Notes: a model not told the origin generated them from the sequence alone. A DNA stretch of 36,142 nucleotides from an uncultured Candidatus Saccharibacteria bacterium (GCA_964470855.1 CAYYEK010000001.1:1-36142), one strand, 5' to 3'. Shown: positions 24,302 through 32,420, counted from the first letter of the stretch. Numbers and translations: made by a program.

Positions 24302-25435
24302 ATGAAAAAAGTGTTCACATTACTATTTGCGTTGTTATTTTTAACTGTTGGGATGGGTGTGACAGCCGCGGAACCTAGCTTGCGAGTGGTGCCAGAAGCT
24401 GCTTTACCGGGCGATCAAGTGAAACTCATAGTAAGTGGTGATAGTTTGTTGGAGAAGGAGTTTTGCGTGTATGTCAATGACGCTAAAGACCGTTGTTTTG
24501 AAAGCACAGGTCTTCCAAAGTTTGTTTCTAAAAAAAACAATACCGTAACATTTCGCGTACCAGAGTCGGCAAAGCCCGGGGAGTATAGTTTAAACGTCTT
24601 AGTCAAAGAGTCTGGTAGTACAGCCAGCCGAGTGCTTTCAAACTGGCTGCAAGTCAACACCGCCTCGGCACAGCAGGAGTTAAAAATATTAGAGGTCTTT
24701 GGTTGTTTGAAAAGTGATACCAAAGAGTGCAAGATGGGTCTAGTTGAACAGGGTGGAATTTTGAGCTTTCAGATAAATTCTAGCGCTGTTTCGCAAACTG
24801 ATAGTATCCAAGTCGCTTTAGGTGATATTTCATTGTCTATTAGTAACGTGGATGAGGGCAAAGGGGTGATCTCTGCTGAGCTTCCTGTGGCTATACCTGT
24901 TGGTGACTACTTTATTAATCTTACTTATCAAGGGATGTCTGCCCAATCAACTGTTAAGGTTGTCAAAGCAACTGACCTTTCTGTTTTGCCTGATATCAAA
25001 GTAGAAGTGCCACCTATAGGCCAGGGAAAAACTCCACCAAAAGAAACAGATGTTTCTCCCAATCCGGTGGATTTGAATAAGGATTTGGACTGCTCTGGTC
25101 TGGGTTTGGTGCTGGATCCCGCGACTGGGCTTTGTTTGCCTGCAGATTTGGTGAAAGGTGAGCAGGGGTCGTTAGCAGGAAGCAGGAGTGTTGGTGAAGT
25201 TATAAAGGTAGTGCTCAACTTTTTATTGGTTTTAGCTGGCGTGATAGCAGTGCTATTTATGATGATTGGTGGTTACCAGTATCTTATGTCTCGTGGTAGT
25301 GATGAAATGGCCAAGAAAGGCCGCTCTACCATGACAGCGGCTATCATCGGTTTAGTAGCTGTATTGCTCGCTTGGACTGTGGTAAATATAGTGACCAATG
25401 CAGTGACTTTGGGGACAGGGTCGTTGTTTAGATAA
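24302..25435 (+). CDS. pilin-module protein F: signal peptide, two Ig/IPT-like repeats, Pro-rich spacer, divergent VirB2/TrbC-like module
   Basis: SLRVVPEAALPGDQVKLIVSG ... VTFRVPESAKPGEYSLNVLV, and a second similar segment ending PVGDYFINLTY. Module is FMMIGGYQYLMSRGSDEMAKKGRSTMTAAIIGLVAVLLAWTVV. Confidence 0.8.
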   Translation: MKKVFTLLFALLFLTVGMGVTAAEPSLRVVPEAALPGDQVKLIVSGDSLLEKEFCVYVNDAKDRCFESTGLPKFVSKKNNTVTFRVPESAKPGEYSLNVLVKESGSTASRVLSNWLQVNTASAQQELKILEVFGCLKSDTKECKMGLVEQGGILSFQINSSAVSQTDSIQVALGDISLSISNVDEGKGVISAELPVAIPVGDYFINLTYQGMSAQSTVKVVKATDLSVLPDIKVEVPPIGQGKTPPKETDVSPNPVDLNKDLDCSGLGLVLDPATGLCLPADLVKGEQGSLAGSRSVGEVIKVVLNFLLVLAGVIAVLFMMIGGYQYLMSRGSDEMAKKGRSTMTAAIIGLVAVLLAWTVVNIVTNAVTLGTGSLFR

Positions 25436-25627
25436 ATTTAGTACCTACGCACCGCACACTTTTATACATTAAAAATTCCTTTTAAAACAGCTTTTGACCG
25501 ATCTCTTCGTTAAAATACTGCGGTTATTTTCACCGTAGTAGTACTACGCCTTCAAATAATCCTCGTATTTTGCCTCGATCTCGGCCAAATGCGTAGGTTC
25601 TTAAATTTTGTAAAATTTAGTAAAGAA

Positions 25628-25661
25628 AGCAAGGTCAGCAAAAAGACTTTGCTTTTTTTTT
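25628..25661 (+). terminator. rho-independent terminator closing the pilin-module cluster
   Basis: AGCAAGGTC-agcaaaaa-GACTTTGCT (9 bp, one G-U pair) followed by a T9 run. Confidence 0.8.
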
Positions 25662-25856
25662 GATTTTTATGTATAGTGTATGCTAATTGCGGTTTAAGAA
25701 TTGTTTTTTAGCTCATGTGGCGGAACCTTCCCTTGTCTCCTGTTTCGTCCCGACAGGTCGGGACCTCGCAGGATAAGCGCGACTATGGAAGAGCAGGTAG
25801 GCTCAAGTGAGGGGTTAGTGTTTGCAAAGTAAATGTATCTAGCGGAATTAATTTGT

Positions 25857-25943
25857 GCCCAGGTGGCGGAATTGGTATACGCGCATGGCTTAGGACCATG
25901 TGGGAGAAATCCTGTGGAGGTTCGAGTCCTCTCCTGGGCACCA
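25857..25943 (+). tRNA. tRNA-Leu (anticodon TAG), class II with long variable arm, CCA encoded
   Basis: Acceptor GCCCAGG/CCTGGGC, anticodon arm CATGG-CTTAGGA-CCATG, variable arm GGGA-gaaa-TCCT, T arm GGAGG-TTCGAGT-CCTCT, then ACCA. Confidence 0.9.
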
Positions 25944-25995
25944 TCTGTACGATACGCATACACGCGTTGTACTAGAACATAGTAAGAAACTTCGT

Positions 25996-26053
25996 AGAGG
26001 TTCTGCGCCCTAGGCGCACCCGTCTATGACGGGGAGTCCTCTTGCGGGCACCA
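25996..26053 (+). other. tRNA-Leu 3'-half fragment (T arm + acceptor 3' strand + CCA) interrupted by a 30-nt double hairpin
   Basis: AGAGGTTC [TGCGCC-cta-GGCGCA][CCCGTC-tat-GACGGG] GAGTCCTCTtgcGGGCACCA, compared with GGAGGTTCGAGTCCTCTcctGGGCACCA in the intact gene. No matching 5' half lies upstream. Confidence 0.6.
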
Positions 26054-26192
26054 AATGTATAGTAATTTAAACCGTTGTTTATAGTTCACTTCCGGTCTTG
26101 TCCTTAGGTTGAAAGACTGGGGTTATTTAGGTAAACTATAGTAACTTAACCAATCCTAAATAGAACAACTTTCTTCTTTTTAAACTATAGTT

Positions 26193-28073
26193 ATGTGGAA
26201 AATTATTAGAAATATCTTGCTAGTTTTAGCCGTTTTTTTCTTAATCACACTTTCCTTGGGTGGGCTTGGTTCGTACAAGCCTACAAATACTGTTGCGATC
26301 TCTGAAATCGTTAATTTGATCAGCCAGGATAAGATCGAGCGACTTGAGGTCCTAGGGGAGGAAGTTAGGGCAAAACTTAAAGACAGTAGTACGGTATTTG
26401 AGGCGAATCTGGGAAAGGGCACAGATATAGTAAGCTTGCTTAAAGATAGCGGTATATCTACAGATCAGATTCGTGGGGTACAGATCGAATACAAGTCAGC
26501 TGGAGTATGGGCAAGCTTAGTAGGAGGTATACTGCCGATCCTGCTGCCGTTTTTGCTCGTGATTTTGGTCATATACTTTTTTATGCGTCAGGTGCAAGGT
26601 TCAAACAATCGAGCTATGTCGTTTGGCCAAAGTTCGGTAAGGTTGTCTGATGAGCGGAAAAATAAAGTAAAGTTTACAGATGTAGCTGGTGCTAAAGAAG
26701 CCAAGGAGGAGCTAAGAGAAGTGGTGGATTTTTTACGTTTTCCTCAAAAATACTTACAGCTTGGGGCAAAAACTCCTAAGGGTATACTTTTGTTGGGTAG
26801 TCCTGGTGTTGGGAAAACTCTACTTGCAAGAGCTGTAGCCGGAGAGGCCAATGTACCTTTTTTCCACATCTCCGGCTCGGAGTTTGTAGAGATGTTTGTT
26901 GGAGTAGGCGCTAGCCGCGTTAGGGATTTATTTAGAAAGGCCAAGCGCAATAGCCCTTGCATTGTGTTTATAGATGAGATAGACGCCGTGGGTAGACAGC
27001 GCGGGACTGGCCTTGGTGGTGGTCATGACGAGCGTGAACAAACTTTAAACCAGATTCTGGTTGAAATGGATGGTTTTGATACAGATACCAATGTCATAGT
27101 CTTAGCCGCTACCAACCGGCCTGACGTCTTGGATCCGGCCCTGCTCAGGCCTGGAAGGTTTGACAGACAAGTGGTTTTGGATCTGCCGGACATAAATGAC
27201 CGGGAAGAGATTTTGAAAGTTCATGCCAAAAACAAGCCTTTGGCTACAAATGTGAATTTGCGTAATATCGCTGAGCGCACTCCGGGATTTTCCGGTGCGG
27301 ATTTGGCAAACTTGCTCAATGAAGGAGCCATCTTGGCGGCAAGACAAGACAAAAAAGAAGTTGGAACTGCAGACCTAAGGGAGGCTATAGAAAAAGTTAT
27401 TCTTGGTCCAAAAAGGAGCAGCCACATACTTTCTGCTAAGGAAAAAGAAGTTACGGCATATCACGAAGGTGGTCATGCGTTGGTTGGTGCGGTGTTGCCG
27501 GAAGCTGATCCAGTGCATAAGATTACGATCCTTTCTCGCGGAAGAGCGGCTGGGTATACCATGAAACTTCCTACCGAGGATAAACATATGAAAACCAAAA
27601 ACAGTTTTCTTGACGAGATAGCTTCACTTTTAGGTGGATATGCTGCGGAATTGTTAGTTTTCGGAGAACTTACCACCGGAGCCTCCAACGACTTAAAGGT
27701 GGCTACTGGCATAGCAAAAAAAATGGTTACAGTGCATGGGATGAGTGCTGAGCTTGGCCCGGTAGCGCTTACTGACCCTTCGGAGATGGTATTTTTAGGA
27801 AGAGAGCTGGCTGAGCATAAAAATTACAGCGAGGAAGTGGCAGCAAAAATAGACGCAGAAATACGACGAATAATGCGTGAGCAGCTTCAGCGTGCCACGG
27901 AAGTTTTAACACAACATCGTACATACTTGAACAGCATAGCAGCTCTGCTTGTGAAAAAAGAAACAGTTGAGCAAGAAGAATTTTATGAACTAGTGAAGGA
28001 TGTTGTTCCAAAAGATAAACCCAGACCAGCTTCTCACCAGGATGAGTTGAGGGTGGAAGCAGTAGCGGCCTGA
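26193..28073 (+). CDS. ftsH: ATP-dependent zinc metalloprotease FtsH
   Basis: Two N-terminal TM helices, [11 protein letters not shown] Walker [10 protein letters not shown] Walker B, PGRFDR second region of homology, HEGGHA zinc site. Confidence 0.97.
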   Translation: MWKIIRNILLVLAVFFLITLSLGGLGSYKPTNTVAISEIVNLISQDKIERLEVLGEEVRAKLKDSSTVFEANLGKGTDIVSLLKDSGISTDQIRGVQIEYKSAGVWASLVGGILPILLPFLLVILVIYFFMRQVQGSNNRAMSFGQSSVRLSDERKNKVKFTDVAGAKEAKEELREVVDFLRFPQKYLQLGAKTPKGILLLGSPGVGKTLLARAVAGEANVPFFHISGSEFVEMFVGVGASRVRDLFRKAKRNSPCIVFIDEIDAVGRQRGTGLGGGHDEREQTLNQILVEMDGFDTDTNVIVLAATNRPDVLDPALLRPGRFDRQVVLDLPDINDREEILKVHAKNKPLATNVNLRNIAERTPGFSGADLANLLNEGAILAARQDKKEVGTADLREAIEKVILGPKRSSHILSAKEKEVTAYHEGGHALVGAVLPEADPVHKITILSRGRAAGYTMKLPTEDKHMKTKNSFLDEIASLLGGYAAELLVFGELTTGASNDLKVATGIAKKMVTVHGMSAELGPVALTDPSEMVFLGRELAEHKNYSEEVAAKIDAEIRRIMREQLQRATEVLTQHRTYLNSIAALLVKKETVEQEEFYELVKDVVPKDKPRPASHQDELRVEAVAA

Positions 28074-28086
28074 CAGGCCGCTTTTG
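28065..28086 (+). terminator. terminator hairpin overlapping the ftsH stop codon
   Basis: GCGGCCT-gac-AGGCCGC followed by TTTTGC. Confidence 0.6.
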
Positions 28087-28154
28087 CTTGCTTTTGGCTG
28101 ATTATTTGTGTTAAGATAAGCGCGGTTAGTTGCATTTGAAAATAGGTTGGTTGG

Positions 28155-28231
28155 GGGCGCATAGCTCAGTTGGTTAGAGCGCAAACTTGACGTGTTTGAG
28201 GTCTCTGGTTCGAATCCAGATGCGCCCACCA
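28155..28231 (+). tRNA. tRNA-Val (anticodon GAC), CCA encoded
   Basis: GGGCGCA-TA-GCTC-AGTTGGTTA-GAGC-G-CAAAC-TTGACGT-GTTTG-AGGTC-TCTGG-TTCGAAT-CCAGA-TGCGCCC-ACCA. Confidence 0.93.
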
Positions 28232-28252
28232 GCCTTCGCCGTAGGCTACGTC

Positions 28253-28328
28253 TGGCAGGCCAGTGAACCACCCATTCAGAATACTTCGGGTTCATGGCGG
28301 GCCAGTGAACCACCCGTACAGGGTACTT
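28253..28328 (+). repeat. two 34-nt direct repeats, 42-bp period, immediately downstream of tRNA-Val
   Basis: TGGCaGGCCAGTGAACCACCCaTtCAGaaTACTT (28253-28286) vs TGGCgGGCCAGTGAACCACCCgTaCAGggTACTT (28295-28328). 29/34 identical. Confidence 0.85.
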
Positions 28329-28541
28329 TATTTGAAGACAAACTGGCAGAATGCCTATCATTCGTTTGTTATCAGACCGGAGTATGTAAGGGTGGCTATA
28401 CCGAGGGGGTTAAAGATTACAAGGCTGCAAAGCTTTGTTTTATGAACATTAAAAAATGTAAAAATCAAAAAGTGAATGTAGTCCGGTGAATTGACGCTAC
28501 ATTTCAGTTTTGACTTTTACATTTTGCATGAAAGTAGCAAG

Positions 28542-29228
28542 ATGATTACTAAACTGGAAGCCGAGCAGTTGCTGGGCTTTGAAATAAAAGACATAAACCT
28601 TTATATCTCCGCTTGTACACACCGTTCGTACATCAATGAACATAGGTCTTTTAATTTGCCTCACAACGAGCGTCTGGAATTTTTGGGAGACGCGGTGTTG
28701 GAGCTGATCTCTACTGAACACTTGTACGCCAACTATCCCCACTCTGAAGGTGAGCTGACGAATTTTAGATCTGCGTTGGTGAACTATAAGATGCTTTCAG
28801 AGATCGCTAAAAATATCGGATTAGAGCAGTACTTACTTATGTCTCGCGGTGAGGCAAAGGACACTGGTCGGGCAAGGCAAGTCATCTTGGCAAACGCCCT
28901 TGAAGCTTTGATAGGCGCTGTTTACTTAGACTTAGGGTATGAGCAGGCTAAAAAGTTTATAACAGATAAAGTTTTAACAGCTTTGCCAAGCATTATTTCC
29001 TCTGGTTCGTATTTGGACCCTAAAAGCAAATTGCAAGAGATGGTGCAGGAACAAAAAGGGGTTACTCCTTCCTATGGTGTGGTATCCGAGCACGGCCCAG
29101 ATCACGACAAGGAATTTGTGGTCGCTGTGTTTGTGGAAAACCAAGAAATAGGTCGAGGGAAAGGCCCTTCAAAGCAGGAGGCCGAGGTTGCGGCAGCAGA
29201 GAACGCCTTGAAGAGCGGGGCTGTGTAA
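28542..29228 (+). CDS. rnc: ribonuclease III
   Basis: NERLEFLGDAVLEL signature, ANALEALIGAVYLD, and a C-terminal dsRBD (DPKSKLQEMVQ ... GRGKGPSKQEAEVAAAENAL). The ORF is open from 28491, but the ATG at 28542 gives the normal 228-aa length. Confidence 0.93.
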   Translation: MITKLEAEQLLGFEIKDINLYISACTHRSYINEHRSFNLPHNERLEFLGDAVLELISTEHLYANYPHSEGELTNFRSALVNYKMLSEIAKNIGLEQYLLMSRGEAKDTGRARQVILANALEALIGAVYLDLGYEQAKKFITDKVLTALPSIISSGSYLDPKSKLQEMVQEQKGVTPSYGVVSEHGPDHDKEFVVAVFVENQEIGRGKGPSKQEAEVAAAENALKSGAV

Positions 29229-29285
29229 TGGGAAGAACGTGGTTAAAAGCTAAGTTTTGAACGGAAAATATTTTAACAAAAACAA

Positions 29286-31907
29286 ATGTACTTAAAGCGG
29301 TTGGAAATACAAGGTTTTAAATCTTTTGCCCACAAAACCACCATGGAGTTTGAACCTGGTATCACCGCTGTGGTGGGACCAAACGGGAGTGGCAAAAGTA
29401 ATGTAGCCGACAGTGTCAGGTGGGTTTTGGGTGAGCAAAGTTCGAAAATGTTGCGAGGTAAGAAAAGCGACGATGTGGTTTTTGCCGGCAGTGATAAAAA
29501 GGTGCGAGCGGGTTTTGCCGAGGTAGTGGCCACTTTTGATAACTCGGACCGCATTATACCCTTAGACGCGCCTGAGGTGAGTATTGGCAGAAGAATTGAT
29601 CGGACTGGCGAGAGTGAATACCTGATCAACGGACAAAAGGCTCGTTTGATGGATGTGGTAGATTTGGTTTTAAAAAGCAACATTGGTACTTCCCGCTATA
29701 CGGTTATAGGCCAGGGAACTATAGATGCGTTAATAATGTCCGGGCCCGGGGAGATAAAAGGGCTTTTAGATGAGGCTAGTGGAGTGAAAGTTTACCAGTT
29801 AAGGCGAGAAAGAACTTTGAAAAGGCTTGAACAAACAGCCCAGAACCTGATGCGTGTTGAAGATGTACTAGCTGAGATAGAACCAAGGCTGAAGAGTTTA
29901 CGCAGACAAGCGAAAAAAATGGAGGCTCGTGAACAGTTGGAGACTGAAGTACGGGTTTTGCTGCGTGAGTTTTGGGGTGGTCAATACTTCACGCACACTA
30001 AAAAATTGCACGAGGTTCAACAGAGGATTAACCGGACGACAGAGCAGAAACAAGAACTTCGGCAGCAACAAGATGTTCTTACAGAGAGGAAAAACTCGTT
30101 GATTGAAAAAGAGACCGGTTTGGGGGGTAAGTTTAGTCAAATCCGTACCCAGATCAACGACCTTTCTTATCAGAAAAATTCGCTTTTGGAAAAGAAAAGC
30201 ATGTTGTCTGGCAAGATACTAAGTTTGAAAACAGGGGGATCGGTAAGTCCAGAAGTCTTAGCTTCCGAGCTAAGTCAGTTGCGCGATGAGGAGGTCCGTT
30301 TAGAAAAGGAAAGCTCAGAAGATCGGCAAAACATTTTAGAGTTAGAGGCTCAAGAAAAAACGCTTGAGCAGAATTTGAATGACCTGATTGGTAAATTAGA
30401 TCGCATATATCTCCAGCTCGCTTCAAAACAACCGTTATCCCAAACCACAGCTTCTAGTATAGTACTTGAAGTCGAGGAGGCTGTGGCAGAACTGGAGGCT
30501 GGGTTGGGAAAGTGCGAAAGTATAGAGCAGGCGTTTGGTATAGTGACTGAAATAAAAAAAAGGCTTTTTGGGATCAGACAGAAATTCGGATTGGCGAAAA
30601 CCGCACCTGAAGCTGTTCAGACCGATCTAAAAGAAGAATTGACCGAGTTGTCCTCTGCCAGAACAAAGCTTGAGCAAGAGGTAAAACTTATCGTCTCTAG
30701 CAGAGCCGGCAGACAGGCTGGGCTGCAGGTGAAAGTAAAACGATTGGGCGAGTTAAAACAAAAGCAGCTGGATTTGGAGCTGGAGCTGTCAAAAACCGGT
30801 GCGAAAACCCATAATGAACTAGCTTTAGAAATTACCGGGCAACAACAGCAGATTGATCGGGATCTTGAAGCGCTCACCAAACAGATCGAGCAGTATGAAA
30901 ATTTGCTTTTAAATTTTGATCAGGAAGCAAAAGAACGCAGGAAGGGCCTGGGAGAGGTAGAGAACAGCCTGCGAGATTTGCAAAGTTTGCTAGACGCTAA
31001 ACAAGGAGAGCTCACGGAGTTAGAGGTAGAGCTTGCAAGGATAGAGACCGAACTTCGTTTGTTGGAAAAAGAGATCGTAGACTTTTTTGGGCCGGAGGAA
31101 CTGGAGTCTATACGACAAGATCACACGCCTGCCACCACCCCTGACTTGGAGAGTAGGATAGCTCGTGCTAGATCGCAGTTGGAGCAGATTGGTGGGGTGG
31201 ATGAGATGACAATGCAAGAATACCAAGAAACCGATGCTAGATTCAGTAACCTTTCTGGGCAGGTGCAGGATTTGCGAAAAGCAATGGAAGATTTAAGAAG
31301 CGTACTAGACGAGCTTGACATGCATATCAAGGGAAAATTTCAAACAGCTTTTCATCAGGTTAATGAAAAGTTTGAAAATTACTTCCGTATGTTATTTGGC
31401 GGCGGCAAGGCGAGCTTGTCCATATTGAAAAACCAGATGATCCCGGATGAAAAAAAACCGGAGTCTGGTGAGGTGGAAAGTGGTGATGTAGAAGCTGATT
31501 TGCGTCCCGAAGAGCGGCTTTTACAGCAGTATGAGCAAGGGCAGGACCAAGTATTGGGAGTAGATATCAAAGCAACCCCTCCTGGGAAAAAACTGGCTTC
31601 TGTGCAGGCTTTGTCTGGGGGGGAACGAGCTTTGACAGCCATAGCGCTTTTATGTTCCCTTTTGTCGTGCTTCCCTTCCCCGTTTGTGGTCTTAGATGAA
31701 GTGGATGCGGCCTTAGACGAGTCCAACACTATCCGTTTTGGGCAGATTTTAGGCACTTTGGCTCATCAGACTCAGTTTTTAACCATCACCCACAACCGTG
31801 AGACTATGGCGCAAAGCTCTACCTTGTATGGCGTGACCATGGGGGATGATGGTGTTTCAAAGATTTTAAGCATAAAGTTTGATCAGGCTACGGCTTATGC
31901 CAAATAG
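29286..31907 (+). CDS. smc: SMC-family chromosome segregation ATPase, unusually short (873 aa) with no recognisable hinge
   Basis: MYLKRLEIQGFKSF ... VGPNGSGKSN Walker A, long heptad-rich arms, LSGGERALTAIAL signature motif, FVVLDEVDAALD Walker B. Confidence 0.85.
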   Translation: MYLKRLEIQGFKSFAHKTTMEFEPGITAVVGPNGSGKSNVADSVRWVLGEQSSKMLRGKKSDDVVFAGSDKKVRAGFAEVVATFDNSDRIIPLDAPEVSIGRRIDRTGESEYLINGQKARLMDVVDLVLKSNIGTSRYTVIGQGTIDALIMSGPGEIKGLLDEASGVKVYQLRRERTLKRLEQTAQNLMRVEDVLAEIEPRLKSLRRQAKKMEAREQLETEVRVLLREFWGGQYFTHTKKLHEVQQRINRTTEQKQELRQQQDVLTERKNSLIEKETGLGGKFSQIRTQINDLSYQKNSLLEKKSMLSGKILSLKTGGSVSPEVLASELSQLRDEEVRLEKESSEDRQNILELEAQEKTLEQNLNDLIGKLDRIYLQLASKQPLSQTTASSIVLEVEEAVAELEAGLGKCESIEQAFGIVTEIKKRLFGIRQKFGLAKTAPEAVQTDLKEELTELSSARTKLEQEVKLIVSSRAGRQAGLQVKVKRLGELKQKQLDLELELSKTGAKTHNELALEITGQQQQIDRDLEALTKQIEQYENLLLNFDQEAKERRKGLGEVENSLRDLQSLLDAKQGELTELEVELARIETELRLLEKEIVDFFGPEELESIRQDHTPATTPDLESRIARARSQLEQIGGVDEMTMQEYQETDARFSNLSGQVQDLRKAMEDLRSVLDELDMHIKGKFQTAFHQVNEKFENYFRMLFGGGKASLSILKNQMIPDEKKPESGEVESGDVEADLRPEERLLQQYEQGQDQVLGVDIKATPPGKKLASVQALSGGERALTAIALLCSLLSCFPSPFVVLDEVDAALDESNTIRFGQILGTLAHQTQFLTITHNRETMAQSSTLYGVTMGDDGVSKILSIKFDQATAYAK

Positions 31908-31980
31908 TCCATATTTCTCGTAGAAACTTCAATATTTGACGAAACAACCGCTTTTTTGGTAACATTGATTTACAAATTTT

Positions 31981-32379
31981 ATGCTTACGATCAGATTACA
32001 AAGAACCGGCAAGAAAAACCGGCCGGAGTTTAGGGTTGTTGTTACCACGAAAACAGCTGCGCCCAAAAAGAAATTCTTAGAAGTTTTGGCAAGTTTTAAT
32101 CCACGGACCAAAGCCCTTTTAGTTAAGGATAAAGAACGAGTTGAGTATTGGCTTGGGCAAAATGTCCAGCTGTCCCCTACTGTTCATAATCTTTTTGTCA
32201 CAAACGGATTGCTGAGCAAGCCCAAGGTGAAGGCGTTTACGCTCCCTAAGAAGGCTCCTGAAGTTGCAAAGCCCGAATCTGTAGAGAAAAAAGAAGAAGA
32301 AAAATCAGAGCCAGTAACAGAATCTGCACCTACAGAGGTCCAAAATCAGGAACTCAACACTACGAGTGAAGGCGAATAA
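31981..32379 (+). CDS. rpsP: 30S ribosomal protein S16 with a ~50-aa Lys/Glu/Pro-rich C-terminal extension
   Basis: MLTIRLQRTGKKNRPEFRVVV ... FNPRTK ... RVEYWLGQNVQLSPTV. Confidence 0.93.
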   Translation: MLTIRLQRTGKKNRPEFRVVVTTKTAAPKKKFLEVLASFNPRTKALLVKDKERVEYWLGQNVQLSPTVHNLFVTNGLLSKPKVKAFTLPKKAPEVAKPESVEKKEEEKSEPVTESAPTEVQNQELNTTSEGE

Positions 32380-32420
32380 GGGAACAGTAATAAATTCTTA
32401 TTATAAACTCACTATAGTAA

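Noticed and set aside
25512-25571. ~60-nt imperfect hairpin (AAAATAC/GTATTTT, TTATTT/AAATAA, CGTAG/CTACG) plus flanking 9-nt inverted repeats ACCTACGCA (25443-25451) / TGCGTAGGT (25590-25598). Possible MITE or sRNA.
   Set aside because: The stems are AT-rich and interrupted. The outer inverted repeats are not symmetric about the hairpin. A much better terminator follows at 25628-25661. Nothing distinguishes it from background in AT-rich spacer DNA.
25715-25727. GTGGCGGAA shared between this upstream element and the D-arm region of tRNA-Leu. Possible 5' tRNA fragment mirroring the 3' fragment downstream.
   Set aside because: The match is only 9 nt, nothing else from the tRNA 5' half is recognisable, and it could be chance.
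25711-25830. Possible small SRP (4.5S) RNA, because of its ~90-nt hairpin-like outline and a GGAAGAGCAGG segment.
   Set aside because: The conserved domain IV consensus (GGUCC-GGAA-GGAAGCAGCC, with the tetraloop at the apex) is not present. The element is branched rather than a single long hairpin. It is kept only as an unassigned structured-RNA candidate.
25694-25963. Minus-strand 89-aa ORF.
   Set aside because: It runs antisense through the tRNA-Leu gene and the GC-rich structured element.
28253-28328. Direct repeats that might be a CRISPR array.
   Set aside because: There are only two imperfect copies, with an 8-nt spacer between the 34-nt units and no cas genes.
27990-28489. ORFs 27990-28361 (-), 28187-28489 (+) and 28263-28445 (+) around tRNA-Val.
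   Set aside because: They overlap the tRNA gene or merely translate the 34-nt DNA repeats. They have no start context and no protein-like composition.
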